DNA of 62,950 bases, filler included, from Candidatus Woesearchaeota archaeon (GCA_016180285.1; 5 parts of 5 records of this genome joined end to end with filler, not necessarily neighbours in it), one strand, 5' to 3'. Positions 19,321 to 29,478 are shown, counted from the whole stretch's first letter. Notes: generated from the sequence alone by a model not told the origin. Program-made: numbers and translations.

Positions 19321-20508
19321 TCAATCCAGTGTCACTCTCAATTCAGCAATATTCAAAGTTGTTATCGGAGTTATCTTGATGTAATTGCTCTGCTTCAGCC
19401 AGTATGACGGCAGCACTTTTGAATAGCTTATTTCAGTCTGGTCAATGTTCGTAACATGCCCATTAACATTTATTGTCCCTCTCTTATTTTCAGTATCATC
19501 TACGAACTCCAGTTTAACAGTTACTGTCCTGTCGCCATTTTTCGCATCATTGAGCTGCGTTGAATTCAACTCAAAATAATATGTTACATCCCTTGTTTTC
19601 TTAAGCTCGGTTTCCACCTTTATATTGTCTATAAGATAGCTTCCTTTTTTCGTTTCAAATGTAATGTAGTTTTCTCCGGCTTCAAGTATAGTTGGCGTAA
19701 CTGCTATTTTGTTGACGTGATAGCACTCTGGCACAGATGATGAGAGAGACCTGTCATTGATGTTTATCTCTAAAGCTCCGACCTCTTTTTCCTTGCAGTT
19801 TGGTGTAAACTTAAGAGCTGCTTTTTCTATGTTCAAATACTCGCTGTCCGGTATTATAAATGTATTTTGGCTCTTCTGCCTGCTTATGTCAGTTATATCC
19901 GCAAGCACTTTTATATTCTCTATGCTGTACTCGTTTGTCCTCCAGAATGCCATTCCGACACCGCTGACTTCAAAACTCAGAATATTGTTATTTTTCAGCA
20001 GGTCTTTTTTCAAATCAATCGGCTCAATATTGTATGTAGTTATTGCATATTCGTATATTGTGGCGCCATTCAATTTTATTATGAGTATGCCTGAGTGTTT
20101 TGGAACTGCAAAGGAAAGTATCGCATTATTCGTGTTTGGCAAATCGCCTATTGCAAAGCTGAAGTTATATGTTTTCCTGTCAAACCATGCGTTTTTTATG
20201 TAAAATGGATTCGCCCTCACAAGCTCCTGCGACTTTGTCAGCTCGAATAAATTGATGTTTGGAATATTATGCGGCTCTGGCTCTTCTGCAGGATCCAGCC
20301 TCCCGGGGATCTTAACCAGCAAAGTGATATTTGCGCTTGCATTTGCGCTGCCAGCTCCTCCGCTTCCCCCTCCGTTGTCATTTTCACCAAGGAGATTGCT
20401 CCTCTCCTCAGGCGGCAGAAACAATATATAGAGAATTAACAAAATGGCTATTACAGATATCAATGTAGCTGCTTGCCCGGCTGATTCCTGTGCTCTTTTT
20501 TTAAACAT
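19321..20508 (-). CDS. Secreted protein with class III (prepilin-like) signal peptide
   Basis: MFKKRAQ followed by a hydrophobic helix, a Gly linker and beta-rich domains. Confidence 0.65.
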   Translation of the reverse strand: MFKKRAQESAGQAATLISVIAILLILYILFLPPEERSNLLGENDNGGGSGGAGSANASANITLLVKIPGRLDPAEEPEPHNIPNINLFELTKSQELVRANPFYIKNAWFDRKTYNFSFAIGDLPNTNNAILSFAVPKHSGILIIKLNGATIYEYAITTYNIEPIDLKKDLLKNNNILSFEVSGVGMAFWRTNEYSIENIKVLADITDISRQKSQNTFIIPDSEYLNIEKAALKFTPNCKEKEVGALEININDRSLSSSVPECYHVNKIAVTPTILEAGENYITFETKKGSYLIDNIKVETELKKTRDVTYYFELNSTQLNDAKNGDRTVTVKLEFVDDTENKRGTINVNGHVTNIDQTEISYSKVLPSYWLKQSNYIKITPITTLNIAELRVTLD

Positions 20509-20565
20509 TGCAGTTCATTTAAACAAATAAATAAATTTATATATAAACTTTATTGTTTTTAAGCT

Positions 20566-21630
20566 ATGAAGCTGATTTATTCCAATATTAGGAAAGGGGA
20601 AGCAAAAGTAAGGGTAGAGAGCTTAGATGACCTATGGTATTTAAGCAACCTGATTGACAGCGGAGATTTAGTTAAAGGAAGGACTCTCAGGAAGATCAAA
20701 ATCGGCGAAGAAGGAGCAAGAAAGCAGGCAGTTATCAAAAAACCAGTTTTTATTGCAATAAAGGCTGAAAAAGTTGAATTCAGCAAAACTTCAGATATTT
20801 TAAGGGTTCTCGGAGTGATTGTCGAAGGCCCGGAAGACATCACAAGAGGAGAGCATCATTCTTTTAATGTCGAGATCGGCTCGATTATAGAAATTGTAAA
20901 AGAAAAATGGCTGCGATACCAGCTGGATAAACTAAAGGAAGCATGCGAAGAAGAAACATCGCGGATTTTAATATGCATCCTAGACCGGGATTCTGCGCTG
21001 TTTGCATTGTCAAAAAAGCAGGGCTATGACTTATTGAGCAGGATAAAGGGGGAGGTTGAAAAAAAGGCAGTAAAAGAAAGAGTAAAAACAGAATTCTACC
21101 TTGATGTCATAAAAACAATGCAAGAATACATTAAACGCTACAAAATCGACAATGTGATTCTCGCAAGCCCGTCATTCTGGAAAGAAGACCTTATGAAGCA
21201 GTTAAAAGACGATGAATTGAAGAAAAAGATTGTTCTTGCATCATGCTCTTCTGAAGGCGAAGAGGCGATCAACGAAGTGCTGAAAAGGAAAGAAGTGCAG
21301 ACAGTTTTAAAAAAAGACAGGATTGCAAAGGAGATGAACCTTGTTGAGGAATTAATGGTGAATATTGCAAAAAATGCTCTTGCAGCCTACGGCATAAATG
21401 AAGTAGAGAATGCAGCAAATATGGGCGCAATTAAAGTATTGATTGTTGCTGATTCTTTGATCAGGAAATCAAGGGAAGAGAAGACTTATGACAGATTGGA
21501 TGCGATAATGAGGAATGTTGACAGCGCAAAGGGGGAGGTGCACATCATAAGCTCAGATCATGACGGCGGCAAGAAGCTGAATGGACTGGGCGGGATCGGT
21601 GCAATATTGAGGTATAAGCTGAATTATTGA
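20566..21630 (+). CDS. pelA: mRNA surveillance protein pelota
   Basis: ESLDDLWYL, GEHHSF, LNGLGGIGAILRY. Confidence 0.95.
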   Translation: MKLIYSNIRKGEAKVRVESLDDLWYLSNLIDSGDLVKGRTLRKIKIGEEGARKQAVIKKPVFIAIKAEKVEFSKTSDILRVLGVIVEGPEDITRGEHHSFNVEIGSIIEIVKEKWLRYQLDKLKEACEEETSRILICILDRDSALFALSKKQGYDLLSRIKGEVEKKAVKERVKTEFYLDVIKTMQEYIKRYKIDNVILASPSFWKEDLMKQLKDDELKKKIVLASCSSEGEEAINEVLKRKEVQTVLKKDRIAKEMNLVEELMVNIAKNALAAYGINEVENAANMGAIKVLIVADSLIRKSREEKTYDRLDAIMRNVDSAKGEVHIISSDHDGGKKLNGLGGIGAILRYKLNY

Positions 21631-21646
21631 AAAACAAATCTCTTTT

Positions 21647-21919
21647 TTATTTTAATTCAAATCTCCTATTTAATTCTGCCAACAACTCCCTGCTTACCGC
21701 TTCTTTTGTCATTCTGTTTTCTTCGTAAGTAGTCTTTTTCCTGGCTTTGCCCCTGTATTTTAGAAACTCTTTAACTAAGTCTTCTTTGCTTAGTTCTGCC
21801 ACTTTATCTCTTACTGCTTCCCTTATAAATTCTGTTCTGGAATTGAAGTTATGTTCAGATATGGTTTCATCTATCTTTTTCAGCACATCCTCTTGAAATT
21901 TCACAGTTACGGCTTCCAT
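21647..21919 (-). CDS. Ribbon-helix-helix (CopG-like) protein (start moved to MEAVTV)
   Basis: VTVKFQEDVLKKID...FNSRTEFIREAVRDK. Confidence 0.8.
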   Translation of the reverse strand: MEAVTVKFQEDVLKKIDETISEHNFNSRTEFIREAVRDKVAELSKEDLVKEFLKYRGKARKKTTYEENRMTKEAVSRELLAELNRRFELK

Positions 21920-22022
21920 TGTATGCCTAAGTAATACATTGTAATATTTAAAGATTTCTGTTTTTTCCAACTTTTTTTACTTTTTCGAATGATTTAAATA
22001 CATAGTTTCAATATTCTTTTTT

Positions 22023-22883
22023 ATGAGTATTCCGCTTGGCATAATCTTCGGTATCATTGCAATGATCGGCTGGGGAGCTGCTGATTTTTTTGCTGCAAAA
22101 GCTGTCAGAAAAACAGGCGTGCTTAAAACTTTTCTTTGGAGCCAGATAATCGGCGTAATTTTGTTTTTTATAATATTCTCCTTATTTTTTAAATTGCCAT
22201 TGCTTTCATTCAGCGCAATAGGCATAATCTTAACTGCAGGTTTTCTCGGGGTCATCTCATGGCTGGCTTTTTATAAAGGAATGCAGACAGGTAAAGTTTC
22301 AATTGTCAGCCCGATTGCTGCTTGTTGGGCAGTTGTTACAGTAATTTTAAGTTTGATTTTTCTTAATGAAAATTTAACCGCGCTTAAAGCCATAGGTGTA
22401 AGCTTGGCTATTTTAGGCGCTATTCTGGCATCTTTCAGGCTGCGCGATCTGTTGAAATTAAGGCTGAAAAATATTGCAGCAGGCATGGAATACGCAATAA
22501 TTGCGCTGCTGGGATGGGGCGTATATTTTGTTCTTATTGGCTTCTTGGCAGATAAATTGAGCTGGTTCCTGCCGATATTTCTTATAAAAACAGCTACTGT
22601 TTTTTATTTATTGATATATTCCGGCGCAGCAAAGAAAAATATATCCTTCCCGAAAAATGCTGCATTATTTGTGCTATTAATTGGCATTCTCGAATTTATT
22701 GCCTTCTTGTCCTACGGAATTGGCATCAGTTATGAATATACTGCTGTAGTGGCCCCGATCGGCGCAGCCTTCCCAATGGTTACTGTGATCCTGGCCAGAA
22801 TATTTTTTAAAGAAACATTGGAATTAAATCAAAAAATAGGCATTGTTTCTGTCTTGATCGGTTTAGTTTTGTTATCTATATAA
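22023..22883 (+). CDS. EamA/DMT-family transporter
   Basis: About 10 TM in two repeats (WG..DF; IVSPI..LNE; VVAPI..FKE). Confidence 0.9.
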   Translation: MSIPLGIIFGIIAMIGWGAADFFAAKAVRKTGVLKTFLWSQIIGVILFFIIFSLFFKLPLLSFSAIGIILTAGFLGVISWLAFYKGMQTGKVSIVSPIAACWAVVTVILSLIFLNENLTALKAIGVSLAILGAILASFRLRDLLKLRLKNIAAGMEYAIIALLGWGVYFVLIGFLADKLSWFLPIFLIKTATVFYLLIYSGAAKKNISFPKNAALFVLLIGILEFIAFLSYGIGISYEYTAVVAPIGAAFPMVTVILARIFFKETLELNQKIGIVSVLIGLVLLSI

Positions 22884-22886
22884 AAA

Positions 22887-24305
22887 TCACAATTCATTAA
22901 CTTCCTGCGTCAGCTTCTTGAGCATTTCCTTTGCATCTCCGAAAAGCATCAGCGTATTCGGATATTCAAACAATAAATTTTTTATTCCTGCAAATCCCGC
23001 TCCAAGGCTTCTCTTGATCACAATCACGGTCTTTGCTTCATGCACATTCAGGATAGGCATTCCGTAAATAGGGCTTCCTTTATTCTGGGTTGCTGCAGGA
23101 TTCACAACATCATTTGCTCCTATAACAATTGCAGCATCTGCCTGCTTGAATTCATTGTTTATCTCATCCATCTCTTTCAATTTTTCATACGGCACATCAG
23201 CTTCTGCCAGCAAGACATTCATATGCCCGGGCATCCTTCCTGCAACAGGGTGTATTGCAAATACAACATTTACGCCTTTTTTCTCCAATGCTAAAGCTAA
23301 TTCCTGAACTGCATGCTGCGCCTGCGCAACAGCCATTCCATAGCCCGGTACCATAATGACTGATTTTGCTGATTCCAGTATAAGCGCTGCTTCTTCTGGC
23401 GAGCATTCCTTGATATTCTGATATTCTCCTTCCTTGCTTTCTTTCTGCTGCGCCTGGCCAAAGCCACCAAACAAAACATTCAGCAGCGATCTGTTCATTG
23501 CCTTGCACATTATATTTGAAAGAATAATTCCTGAAGCTCCAACCAATGATCCTGTTATTATCAGCAGGCTGTTTCCCAAAACAAATCCGGTTGCTGTGGC
23601 AGCAAGACCTGAATATGCATTAAGGAGTGAAATCACAACAGGCATGTCCGCTCCTCCAATTGGGGTTACAATCAGAACACCTAAGATAGATGAAATTATT
23701 GTAACAGCAAGTAGCATCATGTGGGCTGCGCCAATATCCGAGCGGATAATAACCGCCCATACTAAAGATGCTAAAACAACAATAAAAAGCGCGCCATTCA
23801 ATAAGTTATTTCCTTTGAAAACAATCGGCCTGCCTGCAATCAGCCCTTTCAATTTTGCAAATGCCACCATGCTGCCTGTGAATGTAACAGATCCTATCAG
23901 TATGCTGAGCATCACTGTAATTATATCTGACAAAGACAAAACTGAACTGCTTTTTGCCCAAACATAGGAAATCGCAACTAAAACAGATGCGCCGCCTCCA
24001 AAGCCGTTCAGAATAGCAACAAGCTCAGGCATGCCTGTCATCTTGACTTTTTTTGAAAAGAGCATTCCAATAATGCTGCCGACAATTATGCCTGCGATAA
24101 TATAAGGCCATCCAATTGAAGCAGGAATTCCAGCGCTGGCATCTCCGCTTTTCATATTAATCAAAGTCGCAGCAACAGCAACAAACATGCCGACTGCTGC
24201 CAGCAGATTTCCTTTTCTTGCGCTTTTGACATGAGTCATCAGTTTCATTCCAAGAATAAAAAGAACTGCTGCCAGCAAATATGAAAACTCAACAATGTAA
24301 TTCAT
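22887..24305 (-). CDS. pntB: NAD(P) transhydrogenase beta subunit
   Basis: MPELVA, IGGADMPVVISLLN, HPVAGRMPGHMNVLLAEA, GANDVVNP. Confidence 0.97.
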   Translation of the reverse strand: MNYIVEFSYLLAAVLFILGMKLMTHVKSARKGNLLAAVGMFVAVAATLINMKSGDASAGIPASIGWPYIIAGIIVGSIIGMLFSKKVKMTGMPELVAILNGFGGGASVLVAISYVWAKSSSVLSLSDIITVMLSILIGSVTFTGSMVAFAKLKGLIAGRPIVFKGNNLLNGALFIVVLASLVWAVIIRSDIGAAHMMLLAVTIISSILGVLIVTPIGGADMPVVISLLNAYSGLAATATGFVLGNSLLIITGSLVGASGIILSNIMCKAMNRSLLNVLFGGFGQAQQKESKEGEYQNIKECSPEEAALILESAKSVIMVPGYGMAVAQAQHAVQELALALEKKGVNVVFAIHPVAGRMPGHMNVLLAEADVPYEKLKEMDEINNEFKQADAAIVIGANDVVNPAATQNKGSPIYGMPILNVHEAKTVIVIKRSLGAGFAGIKNLLFEYPNTLMLFGDAKEMLKKLTQEVNEL

Positions 24306-24589
24306 TATTTTCCACCTTTCTTTTCAAACATCTTCAGCATTCGGTCTGTAACCATAAAGCCGCCGACAACATTTATTGTGGCTAAAATCAGGGCAAACAT
24401 GCCAAGGATAGCAGCCAGTGTCGGGCTTGCATAAGGAAGCGAGAGCAATGCGCCGACTATTGTAATGCCTGAAATTGCATTCGATCCCGACATCAGAGGA
24501 GTATGCAGTATAGGCGGAATTTTGTTGATGATTTCAAATCCTACAAAAATTGCCAGTACAAATACAATAAACAAATAAAAATCAATCAT
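24305..24589 (-). CDS. pntAB: NAD(P) transhydrogenase alpha, membrane part
   Basis: LHTPLMSGSNAISG, INVVGGF..TDRML. Confidence 0.93.
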   Translation of the reverse strand: MIDFYLFIVFVLAIFVGFEIINKIPPILHTPLMSGSNAISGITIVGALLSLPYASPTLAAILGMFALILATINVVGGFMVTDRMLKMFEKKGGK

Positions 24590-25421
24590 GATGACCTCCG
24601 ATAAGCTCCTGCGCAGTTTTATTTACGATCTCTCCCTGATGGATTATTAAACTTGAGCTTACAATTTCATCTGTCAGATCAATATGAATTTTGCTTTCGT
24701 TTATTATTGTGAGCAATAGGTTAAGAATGTTTTTTGCGTACATCTGCGTTGAATGAACAGGAACAGTTGCCGGGATATTTTTCACTCCAATGATCTTGAC
24801 GCCGTGCTTAACAGCAATTTCCCCTGGCTCTGTCAGAGCGCAGTTTCCTCCCTGGACAGCAGCCATGTCAACAATAACTGATCCAGATCGCATTGATTTA
24901 ACCATCTCTTCTGTCACAAGAATTGGGGCTTTTTTTCCTGGAACCAATGCAGTGCATATCACAGCATCTGCATTTGCAACCCTCTTGCTTACTTCTTCAG
25001 CCTGCCTCTTCAGGAATTCCGGAGATGCAGCTTTGGCATATCCACCTTTGTCTTCTGCATCTTTATCGAATGGAACTTCAATGAATTTTGCCCCTAAGCT
25101 TTCAACCTGCTCTTTGACAGAAGGCCTTACATCAGAAGCTTCCACTAAAGCGCCAAGCCGCTTTGCAGTTGCTATTGCCTGCAACCCTGCAACACCTGCA
25201 CCGAGAACAACAACCTTTGCCGGATGCAATGTGCCTGCAGCAGTCATCATCAAAGGAAATATTTTTCCTAATTCGTTTGCAGCCATAATTACTGCCTTAT
25301 AGCCTGCGATATTTGACTGGGATGTCAGTGCATCCATTTTTTGCGCCCTTGAAATTCGCGGAATCAGGTTCATTGAGAAACACGTTATTTTTTTATCTGC
25401 CATTGTTTTTATTATTTCCAA
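24582..25421 (-). CDS. pntAA: NAD(P) transhydrogenase alpha, NAD-binding part (5'-truncated by gap)
   Basis: PRISRAQ.MDAL, GAGVAGLQA, GGYAK, GGNC. Confidence 0.93.
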   Translation of the reverse strand: MEIIKTMADKKITCFSMNLIPRISRAQKMDALTSQSNIAGYKAVIMAANELGKIFPLMMTAAGTLHPAKVVVLGAGVAGLQAIATAKRLGALVEASDVRPSVKEQVESLGAKFIEVPFDKDAEDKGGYAKAASPEFLKRQAEEVSKRVANADAVICTALVPGKKAPILVTEEMVKSMRSGSVIVDMAAVQGGNCALTEPGEIAVKHGVKIIGVKNIPATVPVHSTQMYAKNILNLLLTIINESKIHIDLTDEIVSSSLIIHQGEIVNKTAQELIGGHHD

Positions 25422-25521
25422 NNNNNNNNNNNNNNNNNNNNNNNNNNNNNNNNNNNNNNNNNNNNTTAATTAATTAANNNNNNNNNNNNNNNNNNNNNNN
25501 NNNNNNNNNNNNNNNNNNNNN
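25422..25521. other. Artificial contig spacer
   Basis: 100 bp of N with a central TTAATTAATTAA. Confidence 0.98.
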
Positions 25522-25523
25522 CA

Positions 25524-26192
25524 GATGAATTAGCTGCCTGCACAAAAACAGCTGATCAGCAGATACGGAAGATGGAAGAACAATTAAGCTCTGCACGTGC
25601 TGAATTTGGCGCAATACAAGTAAAAGTTTCACGCGGCGCATATGACAATATTTCTGATGATGTGAAGGACTTGGCAGCTAGACTTGAAAAAATAAACTAT
25701 TCAAAGATTAAAGAATTGATTGAGGAAGTTAAATCTTATACTTATATTGAATTAATAAGAGTAGATGCCATGTATGAAAAAAGGTTGGTGAGGAAAGAAC
25801 ATAATGAAGCTGTTCTAGTTGAGCCTGAAAGGACTGAACGGGTTTCAGTAAATCATCGCGGATTGATGTCGTCATTACCTGGTTTAGACCTTATTGATGG
25901 ACTTATGACAGGACAAGCAGGCATATTAGGTAGTTTGGGTATAGCATCAGAAGAACGTTACGTAGATAAAAAAATTCCTGCAAAATATGAGTCAAAATTA
26001 GTGCCTGCTGAATATGAAGATGTTCTTGTATCGCCAAAATATTACAAAAAAATAAAAGTCCATCCTTATTCAGGCAAAGAATGGGTGATTGAAGATCCTG
26101 CACCTAAAAAACTGGAGATAAAATCTGAAAGAGAGAAAAAAGAAAGCAAAAAAGATATAAACTCCAAAGTGAATTATAGTTGGGGTAAATGA
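25524..26192 (+). CDS. Hypothetical protein (5'-truncated) with PAxY-type repeats
   Basis: Frame open from the contig edge; IPAKYESKLVPAEYEDVLV. Confidence 0.6.
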   Translation, partial: DELAACTKTADQQIRKMEEQLSSARAEFGAIQVKVSRGAYDNISDDVKDLAARLEKINYSKIKELIEEVKSYTYIELIRVDAMYEKRLVRKEHNEAVLVEPERTERVSVNHRGLMSSLPGLDLIDGLMTGQAGILGSLGIASEERYVDKKIPAKYESKLVPAEYEDVLVSPKYYKKIKVHPYSGKEWVIEDPAPKKLEIKSEREKKESKKDINSKVNYSWGK

Positions 26193-27010
26193 TAAAAATG
26201 GCAAACTTAGAAGATGCTGTAATAAAATTGGAAAACGGAGTAATAAACTATAGGAAATCTCTCGAAAGAAAGCAAAAATACATAAAAACAGCTCCAACCC
26301 ATACAAGATCATACTTGGCTGCCTTTGCTAAAGCAGGAATAGCTATAGTAGTAACGGGCGGTTTGATTCTCGGAGTTGTAAGTGGGATAAAGTCTTGCTC
26401 TAGAAGCAGAGCTATAGTTAGCCCACCCACATACACAAGTTCACCAAGTTACAATGCACCGGCAACATCTTCTTCAGCTAAAGAACCAATCCCCGCTGAA
26501 ACTTCTGCAGATGCGCAAAAATCAGAAGCCCATGAGGAATATTCAAAAACGCGTAAAGAAACTGAGCACTGGTACGGATGGTTTAAAAAAAAATTCGAGA
26601 ATAGAGATCCTCCTTTCTGGAAGAAAGGGAACATTGATAAAAACGAAACTACTAAAATGACGGATAAGCTATTAAATGATTATACGACTCTAGAAAAAAA
26701 GGCCGACGATCTGGGCTTAAAAGACGAGGAGGTTAAAACACATAAAGAAGCCCTAGTAAAAGAAAAATATTTAATGCATGAAAGCGAGTATGAATCATTG
26801 ACAAGACATGACGACAATGGCCAATATAGCCCATTAGAAAAACGAAAAGGACTAGAAGAACTCTCCAAGTCATTAAACAAAACACTATCTAATAACAAAG
26901 AACTTGGGATAAATGATCAAAAAACTGAAGATCTTAAAGAAAAAACTGAAGCTGCATATGGTGATTATATGAAATGGTATGATAAGAACGTCATTCCTCC
27001 AAAAGATTAA
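26189..27010 (+). CDS. Hypothetical single-pass membrane protein
   Basis: One TM, a Ser/Thr/Pro linker and a charged helical C-domain. ATGA overlap with the upstream gene. Confidence 0.65.
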   Translation: MIKMANLEDAVIKLENGVINYRKSLERKQKYIKTAPTHTRSYLAAFAKAGIAIVVTGGLILGVVSGIKSCSRSRAIVSPPTYTSSPSYNAPATSSSAKEPIPAETSADAQKSEAHEEYSKTRKETEHWYGWFKKKFENRDPPFWKKGNIDKNETTKMTDKLLNDYTTLEKKADDLGLKDEEVKTHKEALVKEKYLMHESEYESLTRHDDNGQYSPLEKRKGLEELSKSLNKTLSNNKELGINDQKTEDLKEKTEAAYGDYMKWYDKNVIPPKD

Positions 27011-27032
27011 AGTAAATAAAACTTCTTAAATT

Positions 27033-28208
27033 TTAAAACTTAAGCCTCTTTATCCTCTCACCAGCAATCTTGCAGTCTTCTATAGACGGCACCAAAGCAA
27101 ACCTCACATACCCTTCCCCTGGGTTCAAGTTATTGAAATTCTCGCTCAACCATGATCCGGGCGTCGTAACAACAGCAACATCCTTTCTCAGCAATGATTT
27201 TGCAAAATCCAGGCTTTTCATCCCTTTCGGAGCTTTCTGCCAGATATATAAAGTTGCTTCAGGCATGCAGTTTTCTAATCCAATTGAGTCAAATGCATTG
27301 ATCATAATATCTCTTTTTATTTTATATTCTTTTCTCATTTCTTCAACATGCTTCTCATCGCTTAAAGCAGCAATTGCAGCATCCTGGATAAAAGTAGCTG
27401 CTCCGGAATCATAATTCGGCTTTAATTTTTTGAACTGCGATATCATTGCCTCATCTCCGGCCAGCCATCCTATTCTGTAGCATGTCATTGCGCTTCTTTT
27501 TGACAGGCTTTGAACAGCAACTATGCCTTCTTTTTCCAATTCCAATATTGACATTGGCTTCTGATCAAAATAAATTTCAGAGTAGCACTCGTCTGACGCA
27601 ATTATGATATTGTTGTCATGCCCGAAATCAATCAGCTTTTTATAAAATTTCTTATCCGCCATTGCAGTTGTCGGGTTATTCGGGTAATTTACCCATATTA
27701 TCTTTGATTTTTTAACGATTTCAGAAGGAATTGCATCCAGATCAGGCAAAAACTTATTCTCCTTCAATAAATGCATGAAATAGCTTTTTCCGCCAGCAAA
27801 CAATGTTCCCTTTTGATAGGGCGGATAGCCTGGATTGGGAATCAGAACATAATCTCCCGGATTAATAAAGCAGAACGGGAAATGAAAAACAGCTTCTTTT
27901 GCTCCGATATTTGCAGAAATCTCCTTAGTTGGATCCAAGTTAACATTAAACCTTTTTTTAGTCCACTTTGCAATAGCTTCCCTGTACTCAATGGCGCCTT
28001 CCTCAAGAGGATAACCAGCGCCTTTTCTAAGCTCAACTGCTTTCTTGCAGGCTTCCCTTGCAATCTCAGGCGCAGGGTTTTTAGGATCACCAACCCCAAA
28101 ATCAATAACAGAAATTCCTTCTTTCTTCAGCTTTGCAGCTTCATTCTTTACGTCAACAAATGCATAAGTTCCGATTGATGCCAGTTTGTCGCTTGGTTTG
28201 AATTGCAT
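27033..28208 (-). CDS. dapL: LL-diaminopimelate aminotransferase-like class I/II aminotransferase
   Basis: DFGVGDP, GAKEA, NYPNNPT, DECY, SLSKRS..RIG. Co-oriented with dapF and lysA. Confidence 0.8.
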   Translation of the reverse strand: MQFKPSDKLASIGTYAFVDVKNEAAKLKKEGISVIDFGVGDPKNPAPEIAREACKKAVELRKGAGYPLEEGAIEYREAIAKWTKKRFNVNLDPTKEISANIGAKEAVFHFPFCFINPGDYVLIPNPGYPPYQKGTLFAGGKSYFMHLLKENKFLPDLDAIPSEIVKKSKIIWVNYPNNPTTAMADKKFYKKLIDFGHDNNIIIASDECYSEIYFDQKPMSILELEKEGIVAVQSLSKRSAMTCYRIGWLAGDEAMISQFKKLKPNYDSGAATFIQDAAIAALSDEKHVEEMRKEYKIKRDIMINAFDSIGLENCMPEATLYIWQKAPKGMKSLDFAKSLLRKDVAVVTTPGSWLSENFNNLNPGEGYVRFALVPSIEDCKIAGERIKRLKF

Positions 28209-28221
28209 TTTAGGTTAATTT

Positions 28222-28581
28222 TTAACTTAAACTCAACTGACAGCTATAAAAACCAATAAAGATTTTTCTGCTTCTTAAATTTTCACATGAGTTGCTGTAA
28301 TTCTCGCATCTCCTTGCTAAAATCAAATGATGCCGCTCTTTTTTATTTTTTAAATTTTCATGCATATCGCCGTAAATTATACTCTCTCTTAAAGAAAACA
28401 GATAATCTAATTCTTTTTCATTTCTTTTATAATCTAAAAAATTTTTACGGGATTCTTCATCACTTATGATTCCCTTTTTATCAGGGTCTGTTGTAATCCC
28501 ATTCATTTCAAGCCACCAGTCACGTATTTCTGCATCTTCTTTCTTACCGGCGCATTTGTCAAGAACATTCATACAGATCAT
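28222..28581 (-). CDS. Hypothetical protein between dapF and dapL
   Basis: 119-aa AT-rich ORF starting immediately after the dapF stop. Confidence 0.45.
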   Translation of the reverse strand: MICMNVLDKCAGKKEDAEIRDWWLEMNGITTDPDKKGIISDEESRKNFLDYKRNEKELDYLFSLRESIIYGDMHENLKNKKERHHLILARRCENYSNSCENLRSRKIFIGFYSCQLSLS

Positions 28582-29424
28582 CTACCTGTAAGTATACTCG
28601 CCTTCATACACTTCTTCAGCAGGCCCAGTCATGTAAACATGATTGTCTTTTTCATTCCATTCTATATTCAGGTCTCCGCCAAGAAGATGGACTGTTACTT
28701 TTCTATCGGTCTTGCCATTAAGCACAGAGGCCACCACAGCAGCTGATGCGCCTGTTCCGCAGGCCAATGTAACGCCAGCTCCCCTCTCCCATACCTGCAT
28801 TGCTATTTCCCTTTTGTTTATCACTTGTATGAATTCAACATTGGTTTTTTTAGGGAATGCCTTGTGATGCTCTATCTCATAGCCTATTTTTTCAACAGGC
28901 ATTCCAAACGTGTCAACAAAAACAATGCAGTGGGGATTGCCCATTGAAACGCACGTTACCTTCAAGACTGTGCCGTCTTTCAGCTTCAGGTCATCATTTA
29001 TTACTTTCTGCTTATCGCTGATCATCGGAATTTTTTTGCTGTCCAAAACCGGCTCACCCATATTAACTGTAACCATTCCGTCAATTATTTTCGGCTTTAT
29101 TATGCCGGCCAGTGTCTCAACTGTTATTTCCTTATTTTTTGTCAGGCCATGCTCATAAACATATTTTGCAAATCCCCTTATGCCGTTGCCGCACATCTCT
29201 GCTTCTGAGCCGTCAGAATTAAATATCCTCATCTTGAAATCTGCCTTACTGGACGGCAGGATCAGAATTATTCCGTCAGAGCCGACTCCAAAATTCCTGT
29301 TGCTCATTTTTCTTGCAAGATCATCAAGCTTACTTCCTGTCAGATCTTCTTTTAGCGCATTGATCAGAACATAATCATTTCCCAGCCCGTGTATTTTGGC
29401 AAATTTTATTTTCTTTACAGCCAT
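28582..29424 (-). CDS. dapF: Diaminopimelate epimerase
   Basis: HGLGND, EMCGNG, GNPH, ERGAG.TLACGTG. Confidence 0.97.
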   Translation of the reverse strand: MAVKKIKFAKIHGLGNDYVLINALKEDLTGSKLDDLARKMSNRNFGVGSDGIILILPSSKADFKMRIFNSDGSEAEMCGNGIRGFAKYVYEHGLTKNKEITVETLAGIIKPKIIDGMVTVNMGEPVLDSKKIPMISDKQKVINDDLKLKDGTVLKVTCVSMGNPHCIVFVDTFGMPVEKIGYEIEHHKAFPKKTNVEFIQVINKREIAMQVWERGAGVTLACGTGASAAVVASVLNGKTDRKVTVHLLGGDLNIEWNEKDNHVYMTGPAEEVYEGEYTYR

Positions 29425-29478
29425 ACTTGATCCCCCTAACTACAAACTTTTTGATTTCCTTTTTAAACCTTTTGGTTT

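Noticed and set aside
25466..25477. Repeated palindrome TTAATTAATTAA (four copies)
   Set aside because: Embedded in N runs; an assembly linker. The 58884-59498 ORF read-through into the gap is also an artefact.
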